Below are positions 8,960 to 18,358 of a stretch of DNA of 64,000 nt, one piece after another. Made by a program: the position numbers and the translations under genes. A model generated the notes under the pieces. That model was not told the DNA's origin and did no database searches. It saw only the letters and a program-made list of their open reading frames with translations. The DNA is from an uncultured virus (IMG/VR IMGVR_UViG_3300021085_002396) (taxonomy: Duplodnaviria; Heunggongvirae; Uroviricota; Caudoviricetes). Numbering within the stretch: position 1 is the first letter of the stretch; the number at the start of each line of letters is the position of its first letter. The stretch is taken from IMG/VR virus record IMGVR_UViG_3300021085_002396. One strand, given 5' to 3'.

Positions 8960-9447
8960 AACAGTGTTCTATCTAAATCTTTTCTTAATCTTTCTTTTGA
9001 ATTAAGGTCAAATAGATCTTCATAATATTGAATAGGTACTTTAAGTTCGTCACTTAATACATGCATTAGTAATTGACAATGTACTATTCTATGGTTAGTT
9101 TGCTCTAAATACCACTGCGGTACTTCTTTGAGTAAATCAGCATGCCATGGTTTCTCAGCATGACTTTCATCTCCCCAGTGATGAAGCATTGTAGCTAAAG
9201 ATTCTGCTGTAGATTCTATATCATGTCTGCTATGCAATATAATATTATCGTAATTTTCAGCTATAGAAAAAATATCTACCATACTGAATCTATCAACAAT
9301 AACTTTGGTAACGTCGTCTTTAGGTGCTACTGGCCATTGAGTTAATTCAGGTTCAAATCTTGCTTTTAAATTATGCTTTTCAGCTAACTGATGCATAATA
9401 GAAGTTCCTCCTGATCTTGGTAATGCTATTATTAGTATATTTTTCAT
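8956..9447 (-). CDS. Sulfotransferase family protein
   Basis: ILIIALPRSGGT PAPS-binding loop, FEP, R......ES, YEDL. Confidence 0.8.
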   Translation of the reverse strand: MKNILIIALPRSGGTSIMHQLAEKHNLKARFEPELTQWPVAPKDDVTKVIVDRFSMVDIFSIAENYDNIILHSRHDIESTAESLATMLHHWGDESHAEKPWHADLLKEVPQWYLEQTNHRIVHCQLLMHVLSDELKVPIQYYEDLFDLNSKERLRKDLDRTLL

Positions 9448-9992
9448 ATGGCTGTTCTTTTAGTATAATCATACCAATCTAAAATAATATGTAGCCTGTC
9501 TTGGTTACTGCTATTTACTACTCCATGAAGTTGATCATTGTTGTTTATTTCATACATTTCTCCTACAGGCATATTGATTGTTTCTTCTCCTACTGTGAAA
9601 AGAACTTTATCATTAGTAATTAAAGGTATATGTACTCTATTATAAAGTTTAAAACTATTTGCTTTATCTCTATGCTCATCGACTACTGTATTAGCTGGAA
9701 GGTTAGTAATAATAAATCTTATTATAGAGCAGTTAGATTTGGTTAACTCAGATATCTTTTTAGTTGCATGCTCTATTGAACTTTCAAATATTTTGTAAAA
9801 AGATGATTTTTTACTTACTCCTATTTCGTAGTCTGTATCATATAGTACTGGTATAGTTTGAGTTTTGTTATGCATAGGAAATAAGTCTTGACGGTAGGTA
9901 TATTTACTCCAGTCTTGAGGTTTGATAGCTTCCAAAGCAGAAAGAAAAGGAGCTACATTTATAGAACCATAATGTTTAAAATTAGGTTTCAT
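9444..9992 (-). CDS. Aspartyl/asparaginyl beta-hydroxylase-like 2OG-Fe(II) oxygenase
   Basis: HRD, RVHIPLITN, H.V.N..DRLHIILD. Confidence 0.9.
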   Translation of the reverse strand: MKPNFKHYGSINVAPFLSALEAIKPQDWSKYTYRQDLFPMHNKTQTIPVLYDTDYEIGVSKKSSFYKIFESSIEHATKKISELTKSNCSIIRFIITNLPANTVVDEHRDKANSFKLYNRVHIPLITNDKVLFTVGEETINMPVGEMYEINNNDQLHGVVNSSNQDRLHIILDWYDYTKRTAI

Positions 9993-10534
9993 TAAATTAT
10001 AGTATTATTAGGTTTAAGAAGGTCTGGTGTAATAAAACATATTAGGCTATATCTTGTACCTTTTGTAACTTTAGTAACTTCATGAAACATAGTCGGATCT
10101 CCTATAAGTATGTTACCTTGTTTCCTATCTAATTTATACACAGTATCTTTATTATCATATGCTAGAAAATCTCCTCCTTCAAAATCATCATTAAGAAGAA
10201 TAATAAAGTAGTAACGTGCTTGAACTAAACCATTTAATGAAGAGGTAACGTCATCTTTATGCTTGTAGATAAATCCTCCTTTTTTGTATTTTAATATCTG
10301 AATAAGTAAAGGTTCTTCAGATACGAGCTCTTCAGAAACAAGGGAAAGGCCTCTTTGTATGTATTCATACAAGGCCTCTCCTTTTCTTGGTTTCTTAATA
10401 TGTACGAAACTATTTCTAAGCTTAGGTTTATATTCCTCCTTACCCAATAATGATGGGTACCAAATGTCTTTACATGATGCTATTACATCTTGACACTCCT
10501 TAGGAGTCAATAAAACCTTTTGCTCTAAGATCAT
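9992..10534 (-). CDS. 2OG-Fe(II) oxygenase (prolyl hydroxylase-like)
   Basis: KY..GG...HKD, LNDDFEGG, HEV..V..G.RYSL. Confidence 0.9.
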   Translation of the reverse strand: MILEQKVLLTPKECQDVIASCKDIWYPSLLGKEEYKPKLRNSFVHIKKPRKGEALYEYIQRGLSLVSEELVSEEPLLIQILKYKKGGFIYKHKDDVTSSLNGLVQARYYFIILLNDDFEGGDFLAYDNKDTVYKLDRKQGNILIGDPTMFHEVTKVTKGTRYSLICFITPDLLKPNNTII

Positions 10535-10543
10535 TTAACTATC

Positions 10544-10681
10544 TTATAAATGTTCTGCTTTGAAAAGTTCGATGAACTTAGTAACAGTTGCTCTTACATC
10601 TGTTTGTTCGTCAGCAGTCAAAGCCGTTGCATTTCTGTTTCCGTAATCTGCTAGTGAGATTGTTTTATATATTTCTGGCAT
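10544..10681 (-). CDS. Small protein (45 aa, not in ORF track)
   Basis: MPEIYKTISLADYGNRNATALTADEQTDVRATVTKFIELFKAEHL starts 2 nt after the Hint-protein stop. Confidence 0.75.
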   Translation of the reverse strand: MPEIYKTISLADYGNRNATALTADEQTDVRATVTKFIELFKAEHL

Positions 10682-10683
10682 GA

Positions 10684-12918
10684 TTATAAGTGTTTAGTTA
10701 ATTGTTTAGGTTGTCTCTGATATTTAGCATTAAGCTCTTTGCTGTCTCCTAATCCTGATGATACCATTCCGTCAACGATATAGTTATGATCACTTTCAGA
10801 AATGTTTCCGTCAATTTCTAAGTTATAGAAGTTATCAACAAATACACTTTCTACTTCTCCTAATTCTTTAGCAGCTACCCACTCACCGTCAACTAAGATT
10901 GGGTGATTGATTTCTGTATATCCATTAGTAGTTTTGATTGTTCTCATTACATCGTTAGTAACGTGAATTAAATGATCAGTAACAGTACCTTCTGTTACGA
11001 TTCCGTCTTTGATAGATTTTACTTTATCTCCAACTTTTACTTCTCCTATAGCTTTGTGAGTACCATCAGCCATTTCTACTTTACTATCATAAGTATGACA
11101 AGAAAAGATAAATCTGTTGTGTACTAACATTCCATATATAAAGTAGTTATTATATTTGAATACGTTATCTAAGTTATATACTGTCGCTGTCCAGTCACAA
11201 GAAGTAATTCCTGTAACAATAGAAGTTTCTCCTTCCTTACCTGTCAGTATACTATCTCCTGCATCTAATAGAGCAGCTTCCATTCCAGTCTTTTCTTTAA
11301 GTAATTCTGGATCTTGACATGCCCAACCTTTACCACCTTCTACAAAGAATGGATGGTCTGGAGTTGCATATATATCTAGATCATTACCGAAGCATTTAAA
11401 TGTTATCTGTACTACTTTCTGATCTTCTGTTTCAGTAGTTATTAATACTTTCTCATTTGAGAAACCATTTATTTCAAAGTCCCAACAACATACTTGATCT
11501 CCTTCTTTAACGTCTTCAATATTCTTCATTGAACCGTCTTCCATATTAACTTTAGTTCCGGCAATGAAACAAGGTGCGTTGTGAATAATAGTATTAGACC
11601 CACTTACAACATAGTTATCTACATCCTCTACTCCTAATTCTATAATTTTAGAATCTGAGTCGTTATCTAATATGATTATATCATGTGCAGTAACTCCTTT
11701 ACTAGCTCCGTTTTCATCAAATAATTTGAATCCAGCTTTAATATCTCTAGCTCTTAAGTAAGAAGTTTCATTATTAACATTATCATGTACTAATGCTCTG
11801 TTAGCTCCTCCTAATAGTACTGTTTGTCCGTCATCAAGAGTAATTCTTCTTAATGAATTATCTCCCATTGTGACTGAAGTGTTTGACTGTAAAGATGATG
11901 ATGTACTATATGAACCAGAAGGTAGAGTATCTCCAGCAAAAGACCATGAGTCTAATATAAGACTGTTATCAGTCATCGGCGATCCACTTACATAATAAGA
12001 ATCATATAATGTACCTATTACTGCATCTTCCGCTACATCGTAGTTACCATCTTCTTTCTTAATTTTAGCCTCATAATAAACACCTTCGTTATCTGAGATG
12101 TCATTAGTAGCAAATTCATAGTAATGCTTGTTAGCTAATTTATTAACTACTTTATTATCATCGTATACTAAACTTAAAGTATGAGTAAATAAAGCATCAA
12201 GAGTATAAGCACCTAACCAAGTGATATCTAAATCAGCTCCATATACGATTTGATATGATCTTACTGACTTAGCTGTATCTGTTGCATCACTAACGTAGTT
12301 TGTAATTACATTAACGCCTGAATCAATAGAAGCAGTAAATTCGTTTATCCTGTCTTCAATAGATCCTGTTGAACCTCCTAGCTTATAAAAGTCAATTCCT
12401 GATTTAGTAGGAACTTTAGGCTTAACAGCAAAATCTGGTTCTGTTGGTCCGTTTAATACGTAATTAAGGTTAGAGGAATCTGCTGACTGTTTAGCAGATA
12501 CTACAAGTGATGCTGATGCTGGTCCTTGTGCTCCGAACAAACCATGTAAGTTTGCATCATTTTTAGCGTAAATGGCATCTAATAATGCATTTTCGTCATA
12601 AGCTAATCTCAATATAAACTTAGTAGCATCGTCTGCTATAGAAGTTGGATATATAGAAGAGTGTATTTCCTTATGTTCGGTGATTGTTACTCCCTCAGGT
12701 TTCTGAGCTTTAAGTCTATCTAAGATTGGCTCTTGAAATTCTTTATAGATTACCTGTAGGTCTGTGATTGTGTTTGTAGCTAAAACTGAGTAAAGATCAG
12801 TAAAGTCGATGTTAGAAGCTAATCCTGCGATACAAGCTGTATCAGTGTTGATTTCGATTAGTTTACTATCGCCGTTTCCGTCTTTTACAAAGTCAGCTGA
12901 AAATAATGTACCTTTCAT
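10684..12918 (-). CDS. GspS-like/circularly permuted ATP-grasp domain fused to three tandem Hint domains
   Basis: N-terminal DF..DGNG..KLIEINTDT, VKP, VITNYV; Hint1 G279-HN447, Hint2 C450..TPDHP..VHN601, Hint3 C607..NHP..YNL. Confidence 0.8.
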   Translation of the reverse strand: MKGTLFSADFVKDGNGDSKLIEINTDTACIAGLASNIDFTDLYSVLATNTITDLQVIYKEFQEPILDRLKAQKPEGVTITEHKEIHSSIYPTSIADDATKFILRLAYDENALLDAIYAKNDANLHGLFGAQGPASASLVVSAKQSADSSNLNYVLNGPTEPDFAVKPKVPTKSGIDFYKLGGSTGSIEDRINEFTASIDSGVNVITNYVSDATDTAKSVRSYQIVYGADLDITWLGAYTLDALFTHTLSLVYDDNKVVNKLANKHYYEFATNDISDNEGVYYEAKIKKEDGNYDVAEDAVIGTLYDSYYVSGSPMTDNSLILDSWSFAGDTLPSGSYSTSSSLQSNTSVTMGDNSLRRITLDDGQTVLLGGANRALVHDNVNNETSYLRARDIKAGFKLFDENGASKGVTAHDIIILDNDSDSKIIELGVEDVDNYVVSGSNTIIHNAPCFIAGTKVNMEDGSMKNIEDVKEGDQVCCWDFEINGFSNEKVLITTETEDQKVVQITFKCFGNDLDIYATPDHPFFVEGGKGWACQDPELLKEKTGMEAALLDAGDSILTGKEGETSIVTGITSCDWTATVYNLDNVFKYNNYFIYGMLVHNRFIFSCHTYDSKVEMADGTHKAIGEVKVGDKVKSIKDGIVTEGTVTDHLIHVTNDVMRTIKTTNGYTEINHPILVDGEWVAAKELGEVESVFVDNFYNLEIDGNISESDHNYIVDGMVSSGLGDSKELNAKYQRQPKQLTKHL

Positions 12919-12978
12919 TCTTTTTGGGTTTTATTAGTGTTTATTATAAATATTGTTAATTATCAATTACGCATAGTA

Positions 12979-13425
12979 TTACAAAAGTGGTCTACTTCTT
13001 GCTTCATAGAGTGAAAGCTCTGTTGTAGCAATAATATCCCATCTAGCCTTTATAGTTCCTGACTCTAAGTTGCCACCCTCTCCATCGGGGGATAAAATAC
13101 ATTCAGGTTGTGCCACTATAAAGTTAACACCGTGCACTAATTTAAAATTAACAACACCCTTTTCTAAATAAGAATGATTGTCAAAGTATCGTAGTAGGGT
13201 ACCAAATACGTTTCCGTGGAGTTCTTCGATCCTATCTACAATAAAGCTGTATTCCCTTGTTGGTCCATCCCAAGGTAGGAATACCTCTTGTCCTTTATAA
13301 ATATCGGTCAAAGCACAAAACGTAAGACCAATTTTTCTACAAGTTAATTGAGTGACGACGTTATTTTTTATATGCTGAAATGCCTTTTCGTTAAGAAGGT
13401 CTAAAGCTGCCATTGGTCCTTCCAT
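12979..13425 (-). CDS. Diverged SET-domain-like protein
   Basis: IG..FCALTDIYKGQEVF at the N-terminus and ARWDI...TELSLY at the C-terminus; canonical NHS motif absent. Confidence 0.55.
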   Translation of the reverse strand: MEGPMAALDLLNEKAFQHIKNNVVTQLTCRKIGLTFCALTDIYKGQEVFLPWDGPTREYSFIVDRIEELHGNVFGTLLRYFDNHSYLEKGVVNFKLVHGVNFIVAQPECILSPDGEGGNLESGTIKARWDIIATTELSLYEARSRPLL

Positions 13426-14150
13426 TATCCAAATATTTCTACTCTGATATCTTTAGTCATTTCAAATCCTCTAGCATCTAGATGGCTTCTTCCTTCTCTA
13501 ATCATTTTATCCCATCCACAATAGTATACTAAAGGTTTTTCATCCATCTCATCTATTAGTTTAAGGTAGTGGTCATGGACATATCCTGTTTTACCGTCCC
13601 ATTGTTCTTGAGATAATGTTGGAATGAATTCAAAGTTAGGAAGCTTCTTTTCTAAAGCCTCCATTTCATCTCTATAAAGTATTTCCTTTTCAGTTCGTGT
13701 ACCAAAGAATAATTTAAGCTTCTTAGTTTCTATCTTATCAGGATTTTCTCCTATCCAACCCATTATGGATCTAAAAGGACTTATTCCGGAACCAGTACTC
13801 ACAAAGTATATATCTCTATCTAGTTTCTGTAAGTTCGGTAAAGTAAATACTCCTAATGGACCTCTGTAGAGAAATTCATCTCCTATCTTTGCTTCCTTAA
13901 ATAAAAACTCAGAGAATAAACCTCCAGGTATGTAGGTTATGATAAGTTCAAACCTGTTTGTACCATCTGGCCAAGATGCTACTGAATAATTTCTTTTATG
14001 GTAGTAGCCTGCCTCAATAGGATCCTGGATCGCTAATTGAACAAGCTGGCCAGAGACGAAATCTATCTTATCGTACAAAGGCGACTCAAATATGAATCGC
14101 CAATTTTTGTCCGTCTCTTTTATAATTTCTACTAATACTGCTACATTCAT
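13425..14150 (-). CDS. FAD/NAD(P)-binding oxidoreductase (ferredoxin reductase family)
   Basis: GQ, RNYSVAS, GGLFS, GPLG.F, TGSGISPF, YYCG. Confidence 0.92.
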   Translation of the reverse strand: MNVAVLVEIIKETDKNWRFIFESPLYDKIDFVSGQLVQLAIQDPIEAGYYHKRNYSVASWPDGTNRFELIITYIPGGLFSEFLFKEAKIGDEFLYRGPLGVFTLPNLQKLDRDIYFVSTGSGISPFRSIMGWIGENPDKIETKKLKLFFGTRTEKEILYRDEMEALEKKLPNFEFIPTLSQEQWDGKTGYVHDHYLKLIDEMDEKPLVYYCGWDKMIREGRSHLDARGFEMTKDIRVEIFG

Positions 14151-14203
14151 ATATACAATATAGTCTTTTAAGAGTTAATAACCAACTTTTATTTAGAATG
14201 TTT

Positions 14204-15049
14204 CTAAATTAAATTAGTCGCTAATTTAAATAGTTCCTTATTAACTTTCAAGTCCTTTTCGAAAGATTTAATTTTACGAACTTTTCTTACTTTTGCACCT
14301 GTTAATGCAGCATGGAAATCTCCTTGAGTAATCTTTTCTTGTACTACATTAAATACTCTCCAAAGATCATCTCCTTTATCTTCATCTCTTTTAGGATCAA
14401 GAATATCTTCAATAGTCTCAGCATCATAATTAAACTCTTTTGCTTTTTCAGAACCAGGAGTAATATTAGCTCTAATTAACATAGCATCTAAAGCTAATTT
14501 ATTCTTTTCTTCTTGAGTAAGAACTCTATCTTTCATATCGTTTAATACTTGGACTCTATTAGGAAGATCAGCTACAGCTTGATTAACTACTTCTCTAAGT
14601 TCACCAAAGGTATAACCTTTATGCTTAATCTTAAAGTCACTAAATTGCTCATCTGCAACTACTAAACCATTAGAACAAACCATTCTAAATATACCAACGC
14701 TAAACTTAAACGCTTGCATACCATCATGACTGTTCGTCATAATAATTCTAGGCCAAGCATCATCTCCGCCTTCACCTTTAATCTTAATATCTGGATTCTG
14801 GAATGCAACCATATGCTTACTAAAAATAGTACCTGCATTACCTCTAGCTTTTCTTTGAGCAGCTTGAACTGGTTTCCATCCTAACTTATCTAAATCGTCT
14901 ACAATAGTTTCTGTATTAACGAATAAGTATTTACCACTAACATTAGGGTTAGTTGGTGCACTAGCGAATGCTAAAGGGCATTCATTCCTAAGATCTTCCT
15001 TACTCATGTAAGTTTCATCTTGCTTAAAATTGAACATAATATCTGACAT
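14204..15049 (-). CDS. DUF932/DUF945 family protein
   Basis: NSHDG, GIFRMVCSNGL, DLWRVFNVVQE. Confidence 0.9.
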   Translation of the reverse strand: MSDIMFNFKQDETYMSKEDLRNECPLAFASAPTNPNVSGKYLFVNTETIVDDLDKLGWKPVQAAQRKARGNAGTIFSKHMVAFQNPDIKIKGEGGDDAWPRIIMTNSHDGMQAFKFSVGIFRMVCSNGLVVADEQFSDFKIKHKGYTFGELREVVNQAVADLPNRVQVLNDMKDRVLTQEEKNKLALDAMLIRANITPGSEKAKEFNYDAETIEDILDPKRDEDKGDDLWRVFNVVQEKITQGDFHAALTGAKVRKVRKIKSFEKDLKVNKELFKLATNLI

Positions 15050-15135
15050 AACCTGATTTTTATTTAATTATTAATTATTAATTTATATTTACAATATACG
15101 AATTTTATCTTTGTGAGGCAACTATTTAAGTAACT

Positions 15136-15879
15136 TTATTCTTGACCTACTGCAACAGTTCCTAACCATCCGATTCTATTTCTATTCTGCAAGCTAAACA
15201 TTCTTACAGACATATCACCACCTCTTCTGTTTTTTGAGAAGAAGAAAGTTCTATCACCTTCTTTAGTCCATTTCATATGAGCCATTCCAGTCATCATATG
15301 CTTAAATCTATTCGATCCAGCAAACTCACCACCTTTAGTAACTTGTTGAATAACTAAGAAAGAAGTATTAGTATTAGAATCATTCTGACCTAAATTATGC
15401 TTTTCAAATAAGTTCAATAATTCAGTCTCAGCTTTTTTAGATGACATCCATCCTTTATGAGTATCTACAACAGCATTTTGAACCTCTGCCATAGAATCTA
15501 TAAGTACAACATCCCAACCTTCTGATAAGATATTTTCAATAACTTCTAAGTTATTATCTTCAGTATGGTCACCCATAAATAATATTGGAAGTTCACCAAA
15601 CTTAGGGTATCTTTTTACGTAACCGTACATATCAATCTGATTCATTTCACCAGAAATAAATAAAACTTTCTTACCTTTATTCTGTAAGTCAGCTAACATA
15701 TCTAACATAACAGTAGTTTTACCAATACCTGGATCACCTACGATTGCATAGTTAGTACCTTTCATCAAACCTTTCTGAGAAGAGAAGTGAGCATCGATTA
15801 TACGTCCTGATTTCATTGGACGGAATAGAGAAGGATCAAACTTCATGTCCTTCATTTTAACTGTTTTAATATTTGTCAT
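15136..15879 (-). CDS. RadA/Sms-like RecA-fold ATPase
   Basis: GDPGIGKTT, ISGE, VLIDS, VTKGGEFAG, KNR. Confidence 0.85.
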   Translation of the reverse strand: MTNIKTVKMKDMKFDPSLFRPMKSGRIIDAHFSSQKGLMKGTNYAIVGDPGIGKTTVMLDMLADLQNKGKKVLFISGEMNQIDMYGYVKRYPKFGELPILFMGDHTEDNNLEVIENILSEGWDVVLIDSMAEVQNAVVDTHKGWMSSKKAETELLNLFEKHNLGQNDSNTNTSFLVIQQVTKGGEFAGSNRFKHMMTGMAHMKWTKEGDRTFFFSKNRRGGDMSVRMFSLQNRNRIGWLGTVAVGQE

Positions 15880-15942
15880 AACCTTTATTTTACCTTTTTA
15901 ATTATACCTTAATATATGAATAATTAAGTTCCTAGGCAACTA
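15877..15942 (-). promoter_or_regulatory. Promoter plus leader cassette, copy 3 of 3
   Basis: Same leader and promoter boxes as 3278-3342 and 7262-7327. Confidence 0.85.
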
Positions 15943-15977
15943 TTTACATAGTTATTTCCGGAAAAGTTTAACTTTAT

Positions 15978-16274
15978 TTACCAGACTTTAGCTGCTTCTA
16001 GAAGTTTCCACGTATCTATAGCATCATCTGCTAATTGTAATTCATGGTAATGTTCTAGACAAGACTCTAATGCAACAACCCATTGAGATCTAGGTAGTGA
16101 AAGTTCATACATCATATCTGAGTCTCCAAAAGAGAGTTGAAATAAATCAGCACTCTTAACATTTCTTTTCATAGCTTCTTCTATACCTTGGACAATGCCC
16201 TGAGTGACTGCTAATTTTTTAGATTTAAATAAACCTTCAAATTCATTAGTATTTTCAAAATGTAATTTTATCAT
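15978..16274 (-). CDS. Hypothetical protein
   Basis: 98 aa ORF in tight operon. Confidence 0.75.
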   Translation of the reverse strand: MIKLHFENTNEFEGLFKSKKLAVTQGIVQGIEEAMKRNVKSADLFQLSFGDSDMMYELSLPRSQWVVALESCLEHYHELQLADDAIDTWKLLEAAKVW

Positions 16275-16606
16275 GTTCTTGATCCTGATACTTTAGTTAC
16301 TTTTTCGTAATAAGGACTATTGACTATCTTTTCATTCATCTCTCTATCTAGTACCTGAATATTAGTACCAAACATGTAAAGAGGTTCATCAGTATAATCA
16401 ACAGTAATAAATTCTATCTCGTGCATATCTTTCATGCCAAGGCCTGGTTGACGAGTAGGTTTAGAATATCTTCTTTTACCGTCAAAAGATCTAAAGTCTT
16501 GTGAAGTGACTCTATACCAATTACCTTTAATATTAACTTCCAATACTGCTTCAGTAGGAAAGTCGAACCTGATTTTCTCAGTATGTCCTGCTTTTTCTCT
16601 ACCCAT
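16271..16606 (-). CDS. Hypothetical protein
   Basis: 111 aa ORF, WYRVT..DFRSF motif. Confidence 0.75.
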   Translation of the reverse strand: MGREKAGHTEKIRFDFPTEAVLEVNIKGNWYRVTSQDFRSFDGKRRYSKPTRQPGLGMKDMHEIEFITVDYTDEPLYMFGTNIQVLDREMNEKIVNSPYYEKVTKVSGSRT

Positions 16607-16908
16607 TATTCAAACAACATTATCATTTTAGCTTTAGAAATAGAGCCTTCATTTAGCTTTTCATCAACAACATAGATAAATTCTTTTGTCCATTTATCTT
16701 TTTTAAGACCTTGATCTCCATCAGTTAATATACTCAAAACTTCTTTTACTCTAAATGCAATAGCATCATAAGTTCTATCAACTTCCTTTGAAAAATTATC
16801 TAATACTAGACTATAATCTTTTCTAGTAATATTAGCTAAATAGTAATTCATAAATAATCTTGCTTCATCAATTGACCAAGATTCGTAGTGGCGTTTCGCT
16901 TTTGTCAT
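16606..16908 (-). CDS. Hypothetical protein (possible Myb/HTH-like)
   Basis: WS.DE...RT.DAI..R pattern; AAAGGTTATG start. Confidence 0.7.
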   Translation of the reverse strand: MTKAKRHYESWSIDEARLFMNYYLANITRKDYSLVLDNFSKEVDRTYDAIAFRVKEVLSILTDGDQGLKKDKWTKEFIYVVDEKLNEGSISKAKMIMLFE

Positions 16909-16957
16909 AACCTTTATTTTTTATTAATTAATTATACCTTAATATAAGAAAATTATA

Positions 16958-17551
16958 TCAGAATTCCAACCTATAGTTACTAAACTTTGTCATATAAGAT
17001 GTCATTGTAGTACCGTTACCATCTTTAAATTCATAACCTTTTCTAAGGAACTTTTTAACATTACCTGGACCAGCTAAATGAGCTGCTGCTAATAGACCTG
17101 ACTCTGTAATGTATACACCTGCTATTGTTTGTCCTACGTATTTGCTTATCTGTCTTCTAAGTATCTTTCTATTATGAGTAAGTAGAGCATACATAGCTTC
17201 TTCTTGGATAGATCCATTAGATAAAAACTCTCTATTAGATACATTATCATATCCTAATGCATCAAGAGTTCTTCTTCCGAACTGATACTTACCTAAATAT
17301 CCGAATTGATTGACTGCTTTATAGTTTCCGGAAGACTCTCTCATTCCGATGTCTTCTAGAAACTTACTGTGATTTTTAATTATGAGCTCTATTTTTGGAG
17401 CTGTGATTTCTGGGGTGATGTTAATTAAGGCCAAGGGCCTCTCTGGTTCTAATTCTATTGCACTCTTTACTTCTCCTCTTGTTGCTAAACTAAATGCCAT
17501 CACAACGGTGCTGGCTAAAGACACAACTATAGTTAATAATAAGTTTTTCAT
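16958..17551 (-). CDS. Lysozyme-like/lytic transglycosylase with N-terminal signal
   Basis: RESSGNY..VN..GYLGKYQFG, LLAAAHLAGPG. Confidence 0.8.
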   Translation of the reverse strand: MKNLLLTIVVSLASTVVMAFSLATRGEVKSAIELEPERPLALINITPEITAPKIELIIKNHSKFLEDIGMRESSGNYKAVNQFGYLGKYQFGRRTLDALGYDNVSNREFLSNGSIQEEAMYALLTHNRKILRRQISKYVGQTIAGVYITESGLLAAAHLAGPGNVKKFLRKGYEFKDGNGTTMTSYMTKFSNYRLEF

Positions 17552-17565
17552 AAAATAGTTTTAAG

Positions 17566-17715
17566 TTAAAATAAGTCTAAGAAACTAGTTCCTATACTTT
17601 TTTCTCTGAGCTTTTCATTTTTCTCAGACTGCTTGACTAGATCGTCAGCAACCTTTCTTTCTAAAGGTTTTTTCTTTTTCCATGTTGAAAATTTATTCTT
17701 TTCTTTTTTGGCCAT
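17566..17715 (-). CDS. Small basic protein
   Basis: MAKKEK..., preceded by the CTATTTATA motif. Confidence 0.6.
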   Translation of the reverse strand: MAKKEKNKFSTWKKKKPLERKVADDLVKQSEKNEKLREKSIGTSFLDLF

Positions 17716-17728
17716 GGTTATAAATAGT

Positions 17729-18358
17729 TTATAATCTAGAGATAAATTCATCTCCGGGGTTAGATTCGTCTAATAGCCCTAACTCTCTTAAATGTTCCTT
17801 ATGGTGTTCATCTAGTTCCCAATCCGGCTCATCTCTTTTAGTTTTTACGTAGTCTTCCATTGCCTCTGCACGTTTCTCCTCGATAGGTGATGCTGCATAG
17901 AGAAAAGAACAATTGTAACAGAGAAACTCTAAATTCTCTAAATGCCAATTTTTTTTATTTCCGTCTTTAAAACTTAAGATAACAGGTATTTTTTGATCTA
18001 CAATTCTTCTTTCAGAGAATTTACATCTAGTACATACCTCAACTAACTTACCTTCACTTAATAATCTAGCCTTAATTTTTCTGGAATCGAAATGTTCTAT
18101 AGGAACTCTTCCTTCCAGTACATCCATTAAGGGTACATTATCTATACCAGCTACAGCAAATTTAGGGATACCTTTCCCTTCTTGATTCTTATGAGCTTCC
18201 AACAGAGTTACTCCTTCGTCATTTTTAAACATCTTAGCATACTTCTTATAGTGGTTATAAGATATATGTAGATATCTGGCTGCTGCCATATTAGAACGAG
18301 TATTCTGTTGTGCTCTAAGAATATCTTCTTTAGTAACTATTTTAGACGGTCTTGCCAT
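17729..18358 (-). CDS. HTH plus HNH-like zinc-binding protein
   Basis: N-terminal AAARYL HTH; CTRC...(F)KDGN..N..LENLEFLCYNC; the usual HH is replaced by SF. Confidence 0.75.
   Translation of the reverse strand: MARPSKIVTKEDILRAQQNTRSNMAAARYLHISYNHYKKYAKMFKNDEGVTLLEAHKNQEGKGIPKFAVAGIDNVPLMDVLEGRVPIEHFDSRKIKARLLSEGKLVEVCTRCKFSERRIVDQKIPVILSFKDGNKKNWHLENLEFLCYNCSFLYAASPIEEKRAEAMEDYVKTKRDEPDWELDEHHKEHLRELGLLDESNPGDEFISRL

Noticed and set aside
10684..12084. Conventional splicing inteins or a polymorphic toxin
   Set aside because: The +1 residues are Ala and Arg, exteins are 2-5 aa, there is no homing endonuclease, and only about 20 aa follow the last Hint
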